From Bdellovibrionales bacterium (GTDB lineage: Bacteria; Bdellovibrionota; Bdellovibrionia; Bdellovibrionales; UBA1609), in NCBI GenBank assembly GCA_050246815.1, contig JBFWVI010000017.1:1-58865 (forward strand): a stretch of DNA of 58,865 nt, written 5' to 3'. Shown here one piece after another: positions 48,777 through 58,844 of the stretch (position 1 is the stretch's first letter; each line of letters begins with the position of its first letter). A program made the translations under genes and the position numbers. The notes under the pieces were generated by a model. It saw nothing but the letters and a program-made list of their open reading frames with translations. It made no database searches and was not told the DNA's origin.

Positions 48777-48804
48777 AAGATATATCCGACTCAAAAAATG
48801 TCAA
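48777..48804 (-). promoter_or_regulatory. sigma70-type promoter
   Basis: TTGACA-16-TATCTT upstream of the HPF-like genes. Confidence 0.45.
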
Positions 48805-48906
48805 GGTTGGGCGTGCCATTTTTGAGCAAAAAAACCTGCTGCTAAAAACTGCATTTTCAAATGGCATAAATCAAACTTTTATCTGGAAATAAAAAACACT
48901 TCAGAA

Positions 48907-49434
48907 TCAAACTGACAGGCCTAGAGTCCAAATTTTTCGCCAATCCTGATTATTGTGAATAAAAATTGTTTTTTCGCGCATATCAGGAAGCAACAAAATG
49001 CGCAGCATCTCGGGACGCATTTTTTGATGAACTTGCCATAAACTGCGGTAGGACTTCAAGACCTGCACCCAACCGTTCTCATTGCAATCGGCCGGCAGCT
49101 CCACGCGACGGGACCACAGATTTTTTACCTGCCGCTTGCTGCACCACCAATAATGATGCCAAAGCGGCCAATCCAAAAAGACGATCTTGTTGGCCAGCCG
49201 TAAACGTTCTTCTAAAATATCCAAGGGCCCATAACCGTCGATCAACCAGCTTTCTTGAGCCTGAACACACCGCAGTTCGGCAATGGACTCGGCATGGGGG
49301 CGGATCCGCATCGGCGGCAAGAACTGAATGGAGTCCACGTGAGTAAGCGGTAAATTGTGTCGCTTTGCCAGGTGACGGCTAAGTGTAGTCTTGCCGCCGC
49401 AGGAATTGCCGATCACCACTACTTTTTGAATCAT
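48907..49434 (-). CDS. FlaR/topology-modulation-like P-loop kinase
   Basis: GNSCGGKTT, WLIDGY, IVFLD. Confidence 0.78.
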   Translation of the reverse strand: MIQKVVVIGNSCGGKTTLSRHLAKRHNLPLTHVDSIQFLPPMRIRPHAESIAELRCVQAQESWLIDGYGPLDILEERLRLANKIVFLDWPLWHHYWWCSKRQVKNLWSRRVELPADCNENGWVQVLKSYRSLWQVHQKMRPEMLRILLLPDMREKTIFIHNNQDWRKIWTLGLSV

Positions 49435-51776
49435 GTGGACGAGGCACTGGCGAAACTACGAATGGTGCGCACCAAAAGTTTGCTATCCAAGGGTTTAGTC
49501 ATATGGGCATTACAACCTGCTTGAAAAATCCGAGTGCGCTCTTCACTCATCGCGTGGGCGGTCAATGCCAAGATCGGCTTTTTGTAGCCACTCGCCCTTA
49601 AACGCTTGGTCGCAGCGTATCCATCCAGCACCGGCATCTGCATATCCATCAAAACCACGTCATAATCCGCAGTGCGGGCTTTCTCGACTCCTTCGGCGCC
49701 GTTGCTGGCAATGTCGACTTTTATGCCCGCACGACGAAGCAATGCGCTGACCAAAACTTGATTGTCTAGGGCGTCTTCAACAAGCAACACTCGCGCGGCC
49801 GCGCAGGCCGCCTCAGTTGAAATATTCTCGTGGGCCTGTGGAGATGAAGGTTCACGAACCACGTGCGCCTCGATCGTCGCGATAAACGTACAGCCCCTCT
49901 CGGTCGATTTTGGCGCCAAAACAACATCCCCGCCCAACGCTCGAGCCAAGCGCCGCGACAACACCAACCCCAAGCCGGACCCTCCAAACTTGCGCGTGGT
50001 GCTGTCATCCGCCTGCGAAAATGGTTCAAACAAACCCCGCGACTGACTCTCACTTAAACCCACCCCGGTGTCTTTTATTTGAAAGTGCAGCTGAACGACT
50101 TGAGAGGTTTTCCAAACCGGCTCCACTTGAATCTCAACCTGCCCGTCCGCCGTGAACTTCACCGCATTGCCGATCAAGTTGATTAGAATTTGGCGTAGGC
50201 GGGCCGGATCGGAATTGACGACTTCGGGGGTGAGGGGCGCTAGGCTCGCCTTCAACGTAACCCCTTTTGTGGCGGCGGCTTCTTGGAACAAGCTTAAAAC
50301 TTCCTCCAGCAAACTCTCGACGCGAAAGTCCACGCGCTCGAAAACCAGGCGCCCTGCTTCTACCTTGGAGAGGTCCAAAATATCATCGATTAAGCGGGTC
50401 AAAGCCTTGCCATTGCGTGTGATCGCCTGCGCGTAATCAGCCTTTTCGGAAAGTTGGGTGCTTTCTTTCAGTAACTCAGAAAACCCCAGAACCGCTCCAA
50501 GCGGGGTTCGGATCTCGTGGCTCATATTGGCCAAAAATGCGCTCTTGGAGCGATTGGCAGCCTCGGCTAGCTCTTTGGCTTGGCGCAATTCATTTTCTAA
50601 AGTCTTTTGATCATGAATGTCGGTATTGGTTCCATACCACTGCACGATCATTTCAAAGTCGTCACGCACAGCGGTGGCACGCCCCAAGTGCCAGCGGTAC
50701 TCGCCATCGTGCCGGCGCAAGCGGTACTCAACCTCGTAAGGCTTGCCCGTGATCAAGGATTCTTGCCAATTCTCCATGGTCATCGCGTAATCATCGGGAT
50801 GCAGGATTGGGCGATCTTTCCAATGCCACCCCCTTCGATCACCCACCGGCAAATCCAGGTAGCGATAAAAGCGCTCATTCAGATAGATCATTTGTCCCTG
50901 AGCGTCGGTGATAAAGGCCATCTGTGGCATCGCCTCGGCAAAAGTACGAATGCGCGCTTCACTGGCACGCTGATACTCATCGTACTGCTTGCGATCAGTC
51001 ACATCCAAAGTCACGCCGGCCATCGAAATCGCCCGACCCGAGGAATCGAATTCTGCCCGACCCGTCGAATAGAGCCAGCGTATCTGACCATCTGGGCGGA
51101 TAATCCGATATTCATGGGCAAAAAAAGTGCGGTTGCGAATGGCTTCTTCCCACAGACGAAAGGTTTCGGCGACGTCGTCTGAATGAAGCAGGCGTTTGCT
51201 GATCTCAATGAAGTTGTCGGTCGGAGGAATCGCACCCAACATCTTTTCAATTTGCTCGGAAAGCGCTATTTTATTGGTTTTTAAGTCCACATTCCAAGCG
51301 CCCATCTGCGCGCAGCTCAGGGCCAGATTCAGCTGTTGCTGGCTTTCTTCAAGCCTACGACGCGCAAGCACCTTGTCTGTCACATCCATGCCATGCGCAA
51401 AAATGCCCGCAGGCTGACCATGCTCGTCATGCAGCGGCTGGTAGACAACATCCAAAAAGCGCCTTTCCAAAACCCCAAAAGGAGTTCGCTGCATGTCAAC
51501 CTGAACTTCACTCCCCATATAAGGCACACCCGTTTGGATCACCTTTTTCATTAAATCGACATACCCTTGGGCTGCGGCCTCGGGCAGGGCTTGCGCCAAA
51601 GGTTTACCCACCACGTCCCGATGGCCGATGATCTCTTGATAGCGGGCATTCAATTTTTCAAAAATCAGGTCGGGGCCACGCAAAATGGCCATATAGGTCG
51701 GCGATAGGTCAAAAACCTCTTCAATCCTGCGGCCTGATGGCTGAACGACGGTAGGGGACGCTTGCTTTCCGTTCAT
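49431..51776 (-). CDS. Hybrid sensor kinase (3 PAS-HK-REC)
   Basis: Three PAS domains, SHEIRTP, GGSGLGL, REC with MDMQMP. Confidence 0.92.
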   Translation of the reverse strand: MNGKQASPTVVQPSGRRIEEVFDLSPTYMAILRGPDLIFEKLNARYQEIIGHRDVVGKPLAQALPEAAAQGYVDLMKKVIQTGVPYMGSEVQVDMQRTPFGVLERRFLDVVYQPLHDEHGQPAGIFAHGMDVTDKVLARRRLEESQQQLNLALSCAQMGAWNVDLKTNKIALSEQIEKMLGAIPPTDNFIEISKRLLHSDDVAETFRLWEEAIRNRTFFAHEYRIIRPDGQIRWLYSTGRAEFDSSGRAISMAGVTLDVTDRKQYDEYQRASEARIRTFAEAMPQMAFITDAQGQMIYLNERFYRYLDLPVGDRRGWHWKDRPILHPDDYAMTMENWQESLITGKPYEVEYRLRRHDGEYRWHLGRATAVRDDFEMIVQWYGTNTDIHDQKTLENELRQAKELAEAANRSKSAFLANMSHEIRTPLGAVLGFSELLKESTQLSEKADYAQAITRNGKALTRLIDDILDLSKVEAGRLVFERVDFRVESLLEEVLSLFQEAAATKGVTLKASLAPLTPEVVNSDPARLRQILINLIGNAVKFTADGQVEIQVEPVWKTSQVVQLHFQIKDTGVGLSESQSRGLFEPFSQADDSTTRKFGGSGLGLVLSRRLARALGGDVVLAPKSTERGCTFIATIEAHVVREPSSPQAHENISTEAACAAARVLLVEDALDNQVLVSALLRRAGIKVDIASNGAEGVEKARTADYDVVLMDMQMPVLDGYAATKRLRASGYKKPILALTAHAMSEERTRIFQAGCNAHMTKPLDSKLLVRTIRSFASASST

Positions 51777-51844
51777 AGGGGCTTTGTTTTAGCTTATTTC
51801 GGTCGCATGCGATAGGGCGGAAATTATGTAAAAACGTTAACAAC

Positions 51845-52381
51845 TCACAAGCCCACCATCAATCCGAAGGTTGGTCCAGAACGACCGTCTGCTAAATCAG
51901 AATTGGTTATGCCGGCAACGAAGCGATAACCACCGCTCAGGGCAATATTGTCCCCCACCCGCACAGTCACCCCCAGAGACGTGGCTGAGGCCAAACCCAA
52001 TTCACTTTCGTAATTCGGGCCCGCGGCGGGTTCAGGGTCGATGGGGTTTCGTACATCCAAATAAAGGAGCTCTTGACGGATGTGGCCGATGAACACCTCG
52101 CCCAGTCTTTCGGCGTAGCTGACAAAAGCGCCTCCGCCATATTCGCGGTCACGCGAGGCACGGTCACCAGCCGCGTAGTGCCCGGTCAGCCCCATGCGCC
52201 AATTCTGGTTGGCCGCCATACCCAAATCTAAACCAAAAACATAGCTGGTTCCTTGCTGCGAATTAAAGCCCACGCCCACTTGGGGGTGAAAATACCAACT
52301 GTCTTCAGATTGAGCCACCGTATGCCAGGCAAAGCTAATCATCACGAATAGGGCCAGTAAAATAGGGCTTTTCATTGGCAC
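51845..52381 (-). CDS. Outer-membrane beta-barrel-like protein
   Basis: Signal peptide, amphipathic beta strands. Confidence 0.55.
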   Translation of the reverse strand: MPMKSPILLALFVMISFAWHTVAQSEDSWYFHPQVGVGFNSQQGTSYVFGLDLGMAANQNWRMGLTGHYAAGDRASRDREYGGGAFVSYAERLGEVFIGHIRQELLYLDVRNPIDPEPAAGPNYESELGLASATSLGVTVRVGDNIALSGGYRFVAGITNSDLADGRSGPTFGLMVGL

Positions 52382-52575
52382 CTCCGAAGCTCAGTAGCCT
52401 CCTGTCGTGTCATAAAGTCAATCGCTTGCCCGACGCTGCACGCTAGTCTAGAGTTTATCGGCACCAATAACTGGTCAGGCCGGTCACATTGAAATTGCTT
52501 AAGGCGCGCTTTGCCTTAGACTTTTAATGCACCGATCAAAAACAACATTTTCCCATACGGGAAGGGAGTCATTAA

Positions 52576-52839
52576 ATGAACAAAAATATTTCTGCCTTGC
52601 TAAAGGCTGCCGTGGTCTCTGGCTTTACCGCCGGCAGCATCGCTTATGCAGACGACCAAACCACCCCTCCTCCGGCTGATGGCGCAAGTGCACCGCAAGC
52701 TGAAGGCGAAAAGAACAAGTGCAAAGGCCACAAGGCCAAGCACGACAAACATGCGAAGGGCAAAAAGGACAAATCTGGCTGCAACGGCAAGCATGGCTGC
52801 GGTGGCGAAGCTGAGAAAAAAGAAGAAGCTCCTAAGTAA
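52576..52839 (+). CDS. Exported Cys/His/Lys-rich RiPP precursor (bufferin BufA2-like)
   Basis: Signal peptide ..IAYA, KCKGH...SGCNGKHGCGG, directly upstream of DUF692. Confidence 0.75.
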   Translation: MNKNISALLKAAVVSGFTAGSIAYADDQTTPPPADGASAPQAEGEKNKCKGHKAKHDKHAKGKKDKSGCNGKHGCGGEAEKKEEAPK

Positions 52840-52848
52840 GGACATGGG

Positions 52849-53694
52849 ATGAATCGACTGTTCACAGATCATGGCATTGGAGTCGGGCTTAGGCCGGCCC
52901 ATTACCACCGGTTCCTTGAATCAAAACCGAGTAGCGTGAATTGGGTCGAAGTCATCACAGAAAACTTCATGAAGTGGGGGGACTTAAAAACTTTTAAGCC
53001 CCTCCACAATTTAGAAAAAATTCGTCGTGAAGTGCCCGTGGCTCTTCACGGGGTTTCGCTGTCCATCGGCTCGGCCGATGAGCTTAACTGGGACTACCTT
53101 AAAGCCCTCAAAGAATTAAAACACAACATCGAACCTCTATGGGTTTCAGATCATCTGTGCTGGACCGGCGTAAACGGCGAAAACTTGCATGATCTGCTGC
53201 CCCTGCCCTACACGGAATCCGCCTTGAACCACGTGGTCGATAAAATTCGACGCGTTCAAGACTTCTTGCAAAGCAGGATTCTGATTGAGAACGTGTCAAG
53301 CTATGTGAGTTTCAAAGACTCCGAAATGGCCGAATGGGAATTTATAGATCAAGTCGCCCGGCGAGCGGAATGCGGACTTCTTTTGGATGTAAACAATGTG
53401 TTTGTAAGCGCTATCAATCATGGCTTCGACCCCCAAAAATACATTGATCAAATGCCGACGGGCCTGGTTGGACAAATTCATTTGGCGGGTCACACCGAAA
53501 AAGATGGTTATCTGATCGACACCCACGATGCACCCGTGCGCCCCGAAGTGTGGGATCTATATCGTTACACCCTGCAGACAGTGGGCCTGGCCAGCTCGAT
53601 GATCGAACGCGATGACAACATCCCCGAATGGTATGAATTGGAACTTGAACTCAAACAAGCGCAGAGGATTTACGATGATGTCCGAACTGCGTGA
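52849..53694 (+). CDS. MNIO (DUF692) RiPP maturase, BufB-like
   Basis: GVGLR, ENF, HGVSLSIG, SDHL, IENVS, DVNN, IHLAGH, IDTH, IERD. Confidence 0.93.
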   Translation: MNRLFTDHGIGVGLRPAHYHRFLESKPSSVNWVEVITENFMKWGDLKTFKPLHNLEKIRREVPVALHGVSLSIGSADELNWDYLKALKELKHNIEPLWVSDHLCWTGVNGENLHDLLPLPYTESALNHVVDKIRRVQDFLQSRILIENVSSYVSFKDSEMAEWEFIDQVARRAECGLLLDVNNVFVSAINHGFDPQKYIDQMPTGLVGQIHLAGHTEKDGYLIDTHDAPVRPEVWDLYRYTLQTVGLASSMIERDDNIPEWYELELELKQAQRIYDDVRTA

Positions 53695-54355
53695 GCTGCA
53701 AACCCTTTTTGTCGCGGCGATACGCAACGAAAATCCCGAAGCCGTTGAAAATATGCCGATCCACGAAACCGCCCAGGCCTCTAAGGCCGTACGTTTGGGC
53801 GTTTATGCTTATGCTTACCGGCAACGGATTCTAGACTCCCTAGCCGAAGACTTTCCCGTGACTTTTGAAAATTTGGGTGAAAACGCCATTCACACAGTCC
53901 GTGAATTTGTCAAAACACAAAGAACGGGGGTTCCTAGCCTTGGCGAGGTTTCGCGGCTGTTCTTCGAATTTCTGTCGCATGCCCGCCCTGACTTGAAAAG
54001 TGATCTCAGTTTGGATTACGCGTTTTTGCTTGCGGGGCTCGAAGACTGGAGCCTGAAACTACAGAGTATAAGCCCCTTAACAGCTGAACAACTGGCAAGC
54101 TCCAAACCGCAGAATGTTCGCGCACTTTGGAATCATTCGCTGCGTGTGGTTGGCGACACTCTCATCTTTCAAAAGAACGGCCTGCTTGAATCCGCACCGG
54201 CGTCGCCCCATGTTTTAAGCCTTTTGCAACAGCGGAAAACAATTTCAAATCTTGAACAACTTCTAATCGCCGTCGAACACATGGGCTTAACGCCCGTCCA
54301 AACAGCTGATTTAGTTCACTTCTTGACTCGAAATGAACTCCTGATTTGGCACTAA
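53678..54355 (+). CDS. DUF2063 partner protein, BufC-like
   Basis: ELQTLF, RLGVYAYAYRQRILDSLAEDFP; start 53675 or 53678. Confidence 0.82.
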   Translation: MSELRELQTLFVAAIRNENPEAVENMPIHETAQASKAVRLGVYAYAYRQRILDSLAEDFPVTFENLGENAIHTVREFVKTQRTGVPSLGEVSRLFFEFLSHARPDLKSDLSLDYAFLLAGLEDWSLKLQSISPLTAEQLASSKPQNVRALWNHSLRVVGDTLIFQKNGLLESAPASPHVLSLLQQRKTISNLEQLLIAVEHMGLTPVQTADLVHFLTRNELLIWH

Positions 54356-54371
54356 GGTACGGACGAATTGT

Positions 54372-55058
54372 TCAAGCGGCTCTAAATGAGTACCCCCGAC
54401 CATACACTGAAACAATGCAGTTCTTGGCAGAACCTATTTTTTTTCGCAAATGCGCAACATGGGTGTCAATGCCACGAGATTCAATATTGGTACCGTACGC
54501 CTGCCATATTAATTTTTCCAACTCGGGTCTGGTTAAAACTTTGTTTTCACTGCGGCAAAGCAATAGCAGCAATCGAAACTCCGTGGGCGTTAAATTCAGA
54601 TTTTGCCGCTCCTCGCCTTGGACACTGTAGCAAACCTGAAAATCAAGATCGAATTCAAAACCCGCCTTCAAAAAAACCTTCTTTTCGGGCGACTTAGATC
54701 GACGCAAGTAGCGGTCGACGCGGGCCCTTAACTCGCGGCCCTGAAACGGCTTCGTCAAATAATCATCGGCCCCATGCGCAAATGCGTACTCTTTATCAGC
54801 CACTTGATCCAAAGCGGTGAGCAGGATTTTTGGCGTGTCTAGGTACTTTTGACTCTCGACCAGTTTGCCGCACAGGTCCATGCCATTTCCATCAGGCAAA
54901 AGCGCATCGATCAACAGTAAATCGTAGGTCTTTAATGAAAGCGCGTTCTCGGCTTGCGACAAAGTGTAAACCTGTTCAACCTGGTGCTCTCCCTTCATAC
55001 CCTCTCCAACTAAAACGCCCACCTCGTCGTTGTCGTCGATCAATAAGATATTGGCCAC
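54372..55058 (-). CDS. OmpR-family response regulator
   Basis: REC, LTPTEFRLL, DTHVAHLRKK, VYGRGY. Confidence 0.92.
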   Translation of the reverse strand: MANILLIDDNDEVGVLVGEGMKGEHQVEQVYTLSQAENALSLKTYDLLLIDALLPDGNGMDLCGKLVESQKYLDTPKILLTALDQVADKEYAFAHGADDYLTKPFQGRELRARVDRYLRRSKSPEKKVFLKAGFEFDLDFQVCYSVQGEERQNLNLTPTEFRLLLLLCRSENKVLTRPELEKLIWQAYGTNIESRGIDTHVAHLRKKIGSAKNCIVSVYGRGYSFRAA

Positions 55059-55278
55059 AATTTGCTCCTTTAATTTAAAACACTAAATAAAATAAGTGTA
55101 TGTTGCCTTTATCGGCGATGCTTCGTGCAACAATAGTCGAAAAATTGCATTCTCATTTTGGACAAGCAATCTACACAACTATTCTCAATTTGACCGCTTC
55201 AATCCCACCATCAACATGCCGATCTAGACATCTCAACACATCATCAAGATTTGTTTTGCCATACTGAATCACAGAAGG

Positions 55279-55794
55279 ATGGATCAAATGCTTAAAACTA
55301 ATTTCATTTATGAAGAAAATAACAGTCTGGCAACCCCGTCACGATCGTTGGAGACTCCCATTCCCCCCAAGGAATTCAACCGCTCTGCCAACGTTCTTAT
55401 TATCGATGACGATGTGGACTCAGCCTTGCTTGTCGAATCTGTATTCGCACATCTGGGTTGCCAGACCACTTGCTCCTTAAGTTCTGACGAGGCCCGCCGT
55501 CGCCTCAACTCTCTTAAGGCCGACTTCATTATATTGGACTGGTGCCTGGATCATCAGATCGAGGCCAGCCAGATTATTAGCCAGTGCACCCAGACTTTTG
55601 GTAAGTTCGACAAAAAAATAGGCCATGGCCCGCGCCGTAAACCTAAAATTATCACCTACTCAAGTCTCAACGAAAAAGAGATTGAGCCGCTGCAAAGTCC
55701 CTACTTCCAGCACATTGATCACTGGCAAAAACCCATTTCTCACCGCGAATTGTTAAGCCGCGTACTGCACTTGTTGCAAAAAACGGGGCCCTAG
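55279..55794 (+). CDS. Atypical single-domain response regulator
   Basis: IIDDD, ILDW, ITYS, WQKP. Confidence 0.75.
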   Translation: MDQMLKTNFIYEENNSLATPSRSLETPIPPKEFNRSANVLIIDDDVDSALLVESVFAHLGCQTTCSLSSDEARRRLNSLKADFIILDWCLDHQIEASQIISQCTQTFGKFDKKIGHGPRRKPKIITYSSLNEKEIEPLQSPYFQHIDHWQKPISHRELLSRVLHLLQKTGP

Positions 55795-55805
55795 CAGGAG
55801 GACTT

Positions 55806-56540
55806 ATGAACAATCCAATGATTGAAGCCCAAGTCGAACGCATCTGGCATGAAGAACTTCCCGAGTTGATCCAACACATGCCCTACAACAGCTGGTGCCA
55901 GCCAACTCTTTCTAGGTCGGAAAGAGGCTGGCGCTTTGTATTCCGTTGTAACGCAGAAGCCTGCCGCTTTTTTGCCGCCGCTATTGGCAGCACGCCCATG
56001 GAAGCATTTTTGATCGTCAAACACCATCTGGCCAACCAAATGCGGCGCTGGCACGACTTACGTTTTGGCAATGCCCAAGAACGCTCACGGCTTGAAAGCC
56101 TTGCTTTGCCCGTCACGGCAGAAATTCCTAAGGTCTTGATTGTTGACGACGACCTCGACACCGCACTATCTATGCAGGTCGCCTTTAAACAATTAGGCTG
56201 CGAGACCGAGGTTGCCACTCAGCACGAGGGCCTTCATCACAAGCTGATTTCAAGTCAAGCCGACTACATCTTTTTAGATTGGCGGCTGAATGACCAAGTC
56301 ACTGCCGGCGAAGTCGTGGAAAAGGCCGTGCGCTTGATCGAGACCTTTTCTGACCTACAAGAGAAATTTTTGAATCATCGCCCGCGCATCGTCACCTATT
56401 CCGCGCTCAAACGCGGACAAATTGCACTCCCTCATCACGGCGATCATTATTTCAAACATTTAGATCATTGGGAAAAACCCATGCCGTTCACCGAAGTGAT
56501 TGAGCGAGCATCCGAAGTTTTTTTGATCCCACACTCGTAA
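55806..56540 (+). CDS. HPF-like domain fused to an atypical receiver domain
   Basis: N-terminus aligns with 48249-48554; C-terminal REC is paralogous to 55279-55794. Confidence 0.7.
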   Translation: MNNPMIEAQVERIWHEELPELIQHMPYNSWCQPTLSRSERGWRFVFRCNAEACRFFAAAIGSTPMEAFLIVKHHLANQMRRWHDLRFGNAQERSRLESLALPVTAEIPKVLIVDDDLDTALSMQVAFKQLGCETEVATQHEGLHHKLISSQADYIFLDWRLNDQVTAGEVVEKAVRLIETFSDLQEKFLNHRPRIVTYSALKRGQIALPHHGDHYFKHLDHWEKPMPFTEVIERASEVFLIPHS

Positions 56541-56552
56541 AGGAGGCATCTG

Positions 56553-56888
56553 ATGAGAGCACATGAAGAGCACTTCAACACACTCATGAACATGGTCCCC
56601 ATGGACTTACGACATCTGGTGCCAGGTTTTCTTGAAAGACGCGAAAAAGACGTGGAAGACATGACCTTGATGCTGAACGCGGAAGACTTCCCCAGTATCA
56701 AAGCCTCTGCTCATAAATTAAAAGGCATGGGGGCAGGATACGGTTTTCAGATTGTCTCGGACATAGGTCGCGAAATCGAAGCGGCTGCAATCCGTCATGA
56801 CGTTCGTGGGTTAAAAAGTGGAATTGATCAGTTGGCTGAAGTAACACGAAATTTAAAAATGATTTTGAATCAACGTCGCGACTTTTGA
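56553..56888 (+). CDS. Hpt phosphotransfer protein
   Basis: AHKLKGMGAGYG. Confidence 0.88.
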   Translation: MRAHEEHFNTLMNMVPMDLRHLVPGFLERREKDVEDMTLMLNAEDFPSIKASAHKLKGMGAGYGFQIVSDIGREIEAAAIRHDVRGLKSGIDQLAEVTRNLKMILNQRRDF

Positions 56889-56908
56889 TTCAAATCGAGG
56901 TGGTCGAC

Positions 56909-58834
56909 ATGAGATTTTTAATGATCGAGGATCAAAAACTAAACTTGGATCCCTTAGAGACCCTTGTTTGCGCCAGTGAACTCTCGCCAAAAGCAAAAGT
57001 GACCAGAACGCGGGATTTAAACCACGCCATCAGCGCCCTGCAACATCAAAGCTTTGAAATGATTTTCATCGGTGCCGGGCACCTGGAGGCCAACTTGGCT
57101 GGCGGACTTAAGACGTTGCGCGAAAGCAGCGGCGAAGCCCCGATCGTGATTGTTACGGACAAAAATATAGAGGATTTTGGACAAGAGGCCATTCGATGGG
57201 AAGCGGACGACTTTATAGACCGTTCGGATTTTAACCTGAAAATGGTCCGACGAATCATGCGCTATGCAAAGGTTTCTTTTCAGGCCAGTCAATCGGCCCG
57301 GGCCAAATCCGCTTTTTTAGCCAATATGAGCCATGAAATCCGCACGCCCTTGAACTTAATCATCGGCACAGCGGACATTTTGGCTGAAACTCAATTGACG
57401 CAGCAGCAGCGCCGGCTCATCAGCACCTTCACTAACGCCGGCAATCATTTACTGACTTTGCTCAGTGACGTTTTGGACCTAAGCCAAATCGAAGGCCAAG
57501 GGTTGCGCTGCCTAAAAAACACTTTCGATTTAAATGAAGTTTTTTTTGAGTCCTGCAATTTAGTCGGTGTTTTGTGCCGCTCAAAGAAACTCAAGTTTGA
57601 CTATTTGCTGGGTCAAGGTATTCCCTCCGCATGCCGCGGCGACAAAGTCCGAATTCGCCAAGTGATGTTGAATCTTTTGAATAACGCGGTGAAATTCACA
57701 AAAAGGGGTAAGATCGAACTGCGTTTGGAAGTTTTAGAACGTCAAGACAACGAGGTCGCGGTGCGCTTTATCGTGCGCGACACGGGCATCGGTATGGACA
57801 AAAAGGCCTTGGACCACGCCTATAGTTACTTTTACCAACGTGAAGCCGGCCTTGAAAGAACTTATCGCGGTGGGGGATTGGGCCTGTCACTCGTGAAGGC
57901 CATAGCGGAACACTATCACGGCTCCACGGAAATCATCTCGGCCGACGGCGAAGGCACCGAAGTCCGCGTGACCTTGCGACTTGAGCTTGAACCTGCCACC
58001 ATGGTGTCGCCGCAAATGCATTTGCAAAATAAAAAAATTCATCTGGTCACTTATGGAGAACTAGAAGCGCAATCGATTCGCCATCAACTACAACGTCTGG
58101 GCGCTCGCGTCACTCACAACACCTCCGGCGAACTGGCTTTGCAGCGGCTCGCAAATGAGCCGGACTATGATTATCTATTGCTTGACGTGCAAACCTCGGA
58201 CATCGGAGGCCTTGATCTTCTTGGTCGCCATGATTTTACTTTTCCGCGCGAAAACGTCATCATGCTTTTGCCACCCTTGCACCGACAGCGGGATGTGGAG
58301 GACTGCAGCCAATTGGGCGTGACCCGCTCGCTTTACAAACCCTTCTCGGTCACGCGTTTTTTGGAATTGACGGGGCACCTGCAGCCGATTGAAAAAATCA
58401 AATCCGGCCCTGCGTCTTTTAGCCCCTTGGAAATTTTGGTCGTGGATGATGACCTGGACAATCGTGAATTGGTTGCGGCTTACTTAGCCAAAACGCCCCA
58501 CCGGGTCACCTATGCCAAAGACGGGCAAGAGGCGATCAACTTGTCCAAGGATCGAAGTTTCGATTTGATTATGATGGACATCGAAATGCCTGGTCTAAAT
58601 GGCTATGAAACCGCCAAGCGCATCAAAGAGCAAGAGCTTGGCCAATTCAGCAAAATTTTGGGTGTATCCGCCAACGCCTTTCCGGAAAACATCACTGAAG
58701 CCAAGCAAGCTGGTTTTTCTGGATATCTCACCAAGCCAATACGCAAAGAGCGCCTTTTGAACTCGATCATGGAATGCGCGTCCTCAGAGCAGTTTTTAGA
58801 AGTCGCACCGTCCACAGCCTATGAAAGAACTTAA
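56909..58834 (+). CDS. Hybrid histidine kinase (degenerate REC-HK-REC-REC)
   Basis: SHEIRTP, NAVKFT, DTGIG, GLGL, two C-terminal REC domains. Confidence 0.9.
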   Translation: MRFLMIEDQKLNLDPLETLVCASELSPKAKVTRTRDLNHAISALQHQSFEMIFIGAGHLEANLAGGLKTLRESSGEAPIVIVTDKNIEDFGQEAIRWEADDFIDRSDFNLKMVRRIMRYAKVSFQASQSARAKSAFLANMSHEIRTPLNLIIGTADILAETQLTQQQRRLISTFTNAGNHLLTLLSDVLDLSQIEGQGLRCLKNTFDLNEVFFESCNLVGVLCRSKKLKFDYLLGQGIPSACRGDKVRIRQVMLNLLNNAVKFTKRGKIELRLEVLERQDNEVAVRFIVRDTGIGMDKKALDHAYSYFYQREAGLERTYRGGGLGLSLVKAIAEHYHGSTEIISADGEGTEVRVTLRLELEPATMVSPQMHLQNKKIHLVTYGELEAQSIRHQLQRLGARVTHNTSGELALQRLANEPDYDYLLLDVQTSDIGGLDLLGRHDFTFPRENVIMLLPPLHRQRDVEDCSQLGVTRSLYKPFSVTRFLELTGHLQPIEKIKSGPASFSPLEILVVDDDLDNRELVAAYLAKTPHRVTYAKDGQEAINLSKDRSFDLIMMDIEMPGLNGYETAKRIKEQELGQFSKILGVSANAFPENITEAKQAGFSGYLTKPIRKERLLNSIMECASSEQFLEVAPSTAYERT

Positions 58835-58844
58835 GCGAGGAAAA

